Shown here in pieces: positions 61,326-64,000 of a stretch of 64,000 nt of DNA. How positions within the stretch are numbered: position 1 is the first letter of the stretch; each line of letters begins with the position of its first letter. Source of the DNA: Centroscyllium fabricii (lineage: Eukaryota); assembly GCA_051313645.2 (NCBI GenBank), contig JBNRSN020000022.1, positions 3,658,001 to 3,722,000 on the forward strand, given 5' to 3'. The translations under genes and the position numbers were made by a program. Below the pieces are notes generated by a model. That model saw nothing but the letters and a program-made list of their open reading frames with translations, did not search any database and was not told where the DNA came from.

Positions 61326-62224
61326 TGTGCGTCGTGGTGGACGAAGACGAACCGCGCTTGGTGCAGGCCAAGTGGGACATGCGAGGTTGTTTCGCCGTGG
61401 CGGGACACGGGCACCGGAGCGAACTGTTGCACCGAAGCGGCGAAGTCGAGGCATTGCTGGTCGGCTGACCAGCGCGTCGTGGCGGCGGCCAGGAACTCGC
61501 CGGGTACGCACAGCGGTTGGCCGTAGACGAGCTCCGCCGCCGATGTGTGGAGGTCCTCTTTGACCGCGGATCGGAGGCCGAGTAAAACCCATTGGAGGCG
61601 GTCAGTCCAGGACTTGTCCATGAGGCCGGCACGTAGAGAAGCTTTCATGGGTCTGTGGAAGCGTTCGCACAGACCATTGGCTTGTGGGTGGTACGCCGTG
61701 GTGCGGTGTAAGGTCACCCCGAGGTTGTTAGCGACGGCAGTCCACAGTGCTGAGGTGAACTGGGGCCTGTCGGACGTGATGTCGGCGGGCACGCTGAATC
61801 GGGTGACCCACGTGGTGGTGAAGGCTCTGGCAATGTCCACTGTGGTGGTGGAGGCCAGTGGTATTGCCTCGGGCCAGCGAGTGGTGCGGTCCACGATGGT
61901 GAGCAAATGGGTGTGGGCCTGTGAAGGTGGCAGGGGTCCCACGATATCATCGTGGATGTGGTCAAGACTTCGTGCGGGGACGTCAATCTGTCCGAGGGGT
62001 GCTTTTATGTGGTGGTGCACCTTGGCCCGTTGACGGGCCGTGCAGGAGTTGGCCCAAGTACGCACATCTTTGCTGAGGCCGCGCCAGACGAAGCGGCTGG
62101 CTACCAATTTGATGGATGCGTGGGCGCTGGGGTGGGAGAGGTTGTGGAGCGCGTCAAATACGCGCCTGCGCCACGGTGCTGGGACGGCGGGCCGGGGCTG
62201 TGGCAAGGTAACGTCGCACGTGAC

Positions 62225-62521
62225 TGTGGTGAACTACTGTATTTACATTGTATATAGTTACGTGTGGTGAACCATGGTATTGCTTGCACTGTATATATTT
62301 AACTACACTGGGAGTACAGGTTGCCTCTTGTTTACTCTTGTCCACTTGATATCCATCTGGGAGGACTCGGCTGACTCCACCCACAGACTGCCATATAAAA
62401 GTAGCAGCACGGCTGACCGTGTGGCATTCTCAGGATCGGTAACCTGTACTCCACTTCTTTAGGTAATAAAAGCCTCAGTTACATTCCTAACCTTGTCTCG
62501 AGCGCAATTGATTGTGCATCA
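62225..62521 (+). mobile_element. Solo LTR (297 bp), family-B-like
   Basis: tgtggt...catca, tataaaa near 62394, aataaaagcc at 62465, TSD gtgac at 62220-62224 and 62522-62526. Confidence 0.9.
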
Positions 62522-64000
62522 GTGACGTTAGTGCCGGTTAGGCCGCAAGCGACGGTGGCCAAGCGCAGGCTGGGTAGGGTGGTGGGCGCAGAGAGCAGGT
62601 CCGGGTCTGTGGTCTGGTCCGCTGCGAGTTGGGTGTAGTCGACTGCCAGGTATGTGGCATTGATGGTTGCACGGGAGAGGCAGTCGGTTACCATGTTGTC
62701 CCGACCGGAGACGTGTTGGATGTCGGTGGTGAATTCAGACACGGCCGCGAGCTGGCGCTGCTGTCTGGTGGACCAGGGTTCGGCTGCCTTTGCCATCGCG
62801 AATGTCAGGGGTTTGTGGTCGACAAACGCGCTGAAGGGGTGGCCCTCCAGCAAAAAATGAAAATGGCAGACCGCCAGGTGCAGGACGAGGAGCTCGCGAT
62901 TGAAGGTGCTGTATTTCACCTCCGGCGGGGGGGGCAGCTGGAGAAGGCGAGGGGCTGCCAGGCACCGTCGACCCACTGCTCATACACGGCACTGACTGCG
63001 TAGTCGGAGGCGTCCGTGGTGAGCACCACCTTGGCGTTGGGCCGCGGGTGTGCGAGCAGGGTGGCGTTAGCGAGTGCGGACTTGGTGGAGTCGAAGGCGG
63101 CGGAGGTTTGCACCGTCCAGTCGAACGCTTTTTTGCTGCTCTTACCGCGGAGGGCTTGGTACAGGGGGGCTATAAGAGATGCTGCTTTGGGGATAAAGCG
63201 GTTGTAAAAGTTCACCATCCGGAGGAACTCTTGAAGGCCCTTGACGGTGGTGGGCCGGGGGAATTGCTGGACAGCCTGCACCTTGGTGGGCAAGGGAATG
63301 GCCCCGGCCTGGGTTATGCGGTGGCCGAGGAAGTCGATCTGGTCGAGACCGAACTGGCACTTGGTGGGGCTAAGGATGAGGCCGTGTTCATTGAGGCACT
63401 GGAACAGGGCCCTGAGGTGTTCGAGGTGCTCCTGCTTGGAGGAACTGGCTACCAGTATGTCGTCCAGGTAGACGAACAGGAACTTCAGGTCCCATAGGAC
63501 CGAGTCCATGAGCCGCTGGAATGCCTGTGCTGAGTTTTTGAGGCCGAAGGGCATCCGCAGGATCTCGAACAGCCCGAAGGGGGTGATGACTGCGGTCTTG
63601 GGAATGTCGGTGGCGTGGACGGGGACTTGATGGTAGCCGCGTGCCAGGTCGACTTTGGAGAAGACCGAGCAACTGGCCAGTCTGGCCGAAAAGTCCTAGA
63701 TGTGCGACAATGGGTACCGATCCGGCGTGGTGGCGTCGTTGAGGTGGCGGTAATCCCCGCAGGGGCGCCAGACCCCGTCGGGCTTGGGGGGCGATGTGGA
63801 GCGGTGAGGCCCAAGGGCTGTTGGAGCGGCGGATGATGCCGAGTTGCTCCATGGTGGTGAACTCGTTCCGCGCGACCTCCAACTTGGCTGGGTCTAGCCT
63901 GCGGGCGTGGCCGTGCACCGGTGGGGGGGATGAAATGTTCCACCCTGTGCTTGGCGACCTTGGCGGAGAAGGTCGGGTTGGTGAGGGCCGGGAATTCGGC

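Larger units (their letters stand above)
60295..64000 (-). mobile_element. Gypsy family A copy 3, running off the right edge
   Basis: RT (YLDD), RNase H, integrase ORFs; PPT complement gctccccccagaatc 60626-60640; 3' LTR ~60295-60623. Confidence 0.93.

Overview
Eukaryotic, almost certainly cartilaginous-fish (shark-type) genomic DNA, judged from HE1/V-SINE-like SINEs, HER1/CR1 LINEs and a DeuSINE. The only host gene I can support is the 3' end of cystinosin (CTNS, + strand; last three coding exons at 9240-9410, 10248-10365, 18492-18640). Most of the rest is a deeply nested pile of transposable elements: three CsRn1-like Ty3/Gypsy copies; two compact full-length Gypsy elements (25800-30582, 52496-56980); a Mag-like Gypsy (43682-59365) hosting many inserts; a gag-only LTR element; two solo LTRs; a PIF/Harbinger transposon containing a Penelope-like element; many CR1 fragments; tRNA- and 5S-derived SINEs; a pogo-type MITE; and minisatellites. 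Most notable: (1) both compact Gypsy elements carry a YLDN rather than YxDD RT motif, encoded by fully synonymous-diverged codons, and lack a tRNA PBS, having instead a leader complementary, with covariation, to the AATAAA region of their own LTR; (2) three short hammerhead-ribozyme inserts with 12-bp TSDs; (3) the cystinosin tail has a DxxxLL motif where human has GYDQL; (4) a 449-bp host duplication around an LTR element with one clipped end; (5) an inverted copy of CTNS intron sequence 35 kb away. Family names are recalled from motif recognition, not database searches. Boundaries of decayed fragments are approximate.
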